This document shows, one piece after another, positions 24,736 to 26,865 of a stretch of DNA of 26,865 nucleotides. Origin of the DNA: a virus. Taxonomy: Duplodnaviria > Caudoviricetes. The notes beneath the pieces were generated by a model, which worked only from the letters and a program-made list of their open reading frames with translations, made no database searches and was not told where the DNA came from. The DNA lies in the IMG/VR virus record IMGVR_UViG_3300050014_000374, positions 1 to 26,865 of that record. The stretch is one strand, 5' to 3'. The translations under genes were made by a program, and so were the position numbers. Positions within the stretch are counted from its first letter, which is position 1. Each line of letters starts with the position of its first letter.

Positions 24736-25638
24736 ATGAAAACAATAATTTTATTTATAGCATTATTCTCAATATCTATTTATAGCCAATCAGGATATGG
24801 TTATGATTATGGAAATAATTATGGCGGAATTTCTATTGCTTTTACTGGTTCTGGGATGATACAAATAGGACAAACTGGTGTTCATAGTTTTGGATTATCT
24901 TTAGATAAAACAGGAATAAACAGAGTACGAAGCTTAATTACTTCTGTTGCTGCACCAATAGTAATAACTTCTGCTAAATCAGTTATTGATTTTGTTTCAG
25001 AAGGTGCAGGCGGAAATGTTACCTCTGATGGTGGTGGAACTATAACAGCAAGGGGACTTGTTTGGGATTATTCAACAAACCCTATGCCCTCTGTAACTTC
25101 ATTTAAGGGAAAGACCATAGAACCGGGTACTACAGGTAGTTTCACAAACACAATGATTGAATTAGATACTACTCACACTTTTCGTTATAGGGCTTATGCA
25201 ACTAATTCGGCAGGTACTTCTTATGGAAATGATTCTACTTTTGCTATTAGAACTAATATACTTATTTATGATGCTTATTTATCAGGAGATGGAACATCCA
25301 TCAATGAAGATAGTCAGTTGGCAAACACTTTGAATTATAGTGGTATGTGGTATTGCGGGGGTGGAGTAATAACAAGTGATGCTTTTTCAGATATGAATAA
25401 TGACAACTATACATTGCAGTCGAATGTTGATGGTGTTGATATAACATTCTCCCCCTCTACAGTTGACCAAGTGCATGGAGATATTGCTATTGTTAGGCAG
25501 TCTTTTACTATCGGCACTTTTTCATTAGCATCAGCTAATATTCCCACTTGTGGAATCTTTGATGCAGACCATGCCCCAGATGATGTTCAAATTGATCTTA
25601 GGGTAATAATCACAAAGAAAGTGCCATATAACCCATGA
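24736..25638 (+). CDS. signal-peptide-bearing protein with FN3-like domain
   Basis: MKTIILFIALFSISIYS-Q. GGNVTSDGG..ITARG.VW....NP...YRAYATNSAGTSYG. Confidence 0.65.
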   Translation: MKTIILFIALFSISIYSQSGYGYDYGNNYGGISIAFTGSGMIQIGQTGVHSFGLSLDKTGINRVRSLITSVAAPIVITSAKSVIDFVSEGAGGNVTSDGGGTITARGLVWDYSTNPMPSVTSFKGKTIEPGTTGSFTNTMIELDTTHTFRYRAYATNSAGTSYGNDSTFAIRTNILIYDAYLSGDGTSINEDSQLANTLNYSGMWYCGGGVITSDAFSDMNNDNYTLQSNVDGVDITFSPSTVDQVHGDIAIVRQSFTIGTFSLASANIPTCGIFDADHAPDDVQIDLRVIITKKVPYNP

Positions 25639-25660
25639 TAAATAAAGCAGGTAAAAGAAA

Positions 25661-26224
25661 TTGAACAAATACATTTGTACACAAGCGGAAGTAAAAGAAC
25701 TACTGCAAATAACAGCAACGACATGGGACACCATGATAACGAATTTACTTCCTGTTATTGCAAAACAGATTACCGCTTATTGTAAAAATACATTTGTGTC
25801 TGATAAAGTTAAACTTACTTCATTAGATTTAGTATTTGCCGCAACAGCGAAAACAATTACGGGCGATACCAGCCTTGATAATTTTACAACAGGATATTTT
25901 TACGCAGACGATGTGATTTTAATTGAAGGCAGTATAAGGAATGACGGGGTTTATGAATTACAAACTGTTTTGAATAATGTACTCACTCTTAAATCTACCG
26001 ATACGATTAAAGATGAGGTTGTAAGCGATTTCATAGTTTCAATCCAAAGAATAGATTACCCGGACGACCTTAAATTAGCTTTTGCCGATATAGTAAAATC
26101 ATTCATTGATGTTAATAAAGGCGTTCAACAATTCTCTTTAGCTGATTACTCAGTGACTTATTTTAATTCTAATATCTCAGACTTCGCTAAAGGAATATTA
26201 AATAATTATAGGAAGATATTTTAA
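25661..26224 (+). CDS. head-tail connector (SPP1 gp15 / HK97 gp6-like)
   Basis: T.AEVKELL.I, I..YC.N.F, P.DLKLA, FSLADYSVTY, LN.YRK. Confidence 0.7.
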   Translation: MNKYICTQAEVKELLQITATTWDTMITNLLPVIAKQITAYCKNTFVSDKVKLTSLDLVFAATAKTITGDTSLDNFTTGYFYADDVILIEGSIRNDGVYELQTVLNNVLTLKSTDTIKDEVVSDFIVSIQRIDYPDDLKLAFADIVKSFIDVNKGVQQFSLADYSVTYFNSNISDFAKGILNNYRKIF

Positions 26225-26225
26225 C

Positions 26226-26348
26226 ATGGCAAAAAGAATCAAATCGGGTACTTTCAAAACATCATATAAAAATGGCAAAAAAGTTGTCACCGGAATCTCA
26301 AAGAAGACCGGTAAAAGAATAGTCCATCACAAGGCAAAGAAAAGATGA
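26226..26348 (+). CDS. 40-aa highly basic peptide (not in ORF track)
   Basis: Exactly fills the gap between genes, ATGA-coupled to the next gene, 15 K/R and no D/E. Confidence 0.55.
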   Translation: MAKRIKSGTFKTSYKNGKKVVTGISKKTGKRIVHHKAKKR

Positions 26349-26668
26349 GGATTCCTTATAACATAACATTTGCCTTTCAAAGTGTTACTTCAGTAAGTGA
26401 TGGCATGGGCGGAACCACAGATACATGGGCGACCGTCACGGGTTTAAGTGCCGTACAGGGACATCATAGAGAGCTGAATGCTAATGAAATTTATGCAAAT
26501 GAGAGAAAAGGATTCAAGGCATTTGATATGTTCTACTGTGATTATATTTCCTCAGTAACAGACGCTTATCAAATCCTGTTTAATGGCGGGGTTTATAAAA
26601 TACAGAATGTTAATGATCCTCACGGACTACATTTATTTTTACAAATTGACACTCTAAAAAACGAATAA
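26345..26668 (+). CDS. head closure / head-tail adaptor (SPP1 gp16-like)
   Basis: SDGMGG...TW, E.Y, Y.I..V.DP...H..LQI. Confidence 0.8.
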   Translation: MRIPYNITFAFQSVTSVSDGMGGTTDTWATVTGLSAVQGHHRELNANEIYANERKGFKAFDMFYCDYISSVTDAYQILFNGGVYKIQNVNDPHGLHLFLQIDTLKNE

Positions 26669-26671
26669 AAT

Positions 26672-26865
26672 ATGGCAGAAGATCAAAATATAAAGTCACA
26701 AGACACTCATCAAGAGTATTATGATAATAATAGTAAGCTTAAAAGGAGCGTACTTCAAATAACGTGGATTCATACATGGCTAATGGTTATCGCTATGGTC
26801 GGTTCAACTATTTGGTTTACGAGTAATACTTTAGGCAGGATAGACAACCTTGAGAAAGAAACCGT
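26672..26865 (+). CDS. membrane protein, 3' partial
   Basis: Open to the window end. TM segment WLMVIAMVGSTIWF, then RIDNLEK coiled-coil-like start. Confidence 0.45.
   Translation, partial: MAEDQNIKSQDTHQEYYDNNSKLKRSVLQITWIHTWLMVIAMVGSTIWFTSNTLGRIDNLEKET

Noticed and set aside
22727-25638. Diversity-generating retroelement target or invertible fibre cassette
   Set aside because: No reverse transcriptase, template/variable repeat pair or invertase seen in the window.

Overview
AT-rich fragment of a tailed (siphovirus-like) phage or prophage. Almost all genes are on the + strand. The early/middle region holds an SbcC-like ATPase, YqaJ exonuclease, a free-standing GIY-YIG endonuclease, RecT, a C5 methyltransferase, a PAPS-reductase-like protein, HNH, a DUF4373 replication initiator and many small, partly deleted cassette genes. 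The packaging/head module follows: TerS, PBSX-type TerL, SPP1-type portal, minor head protein, scaffold, major capsid and head-tail proteins. The standout is a 340-aa intein (18162-19181) in the minor head protein. It has no recognisable endonuclease in its own frame. Instead it carries, on the opposite strand and in exact codon register, a complete HTH-HTH-Vsr/DUF559-like gene with its own predicted promoter and ribosome-binding site written into the intein's C-terminal splicing blocks. Also notable: a C5 methyltransferase split over two overlapping frames, a structured RNA leader before the replication genes, a reverse-strand moron operon, and three signal-peptide (Q-rule) proteins inside the head module. 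All family calls come from motif recognition by eye; no database search was run.
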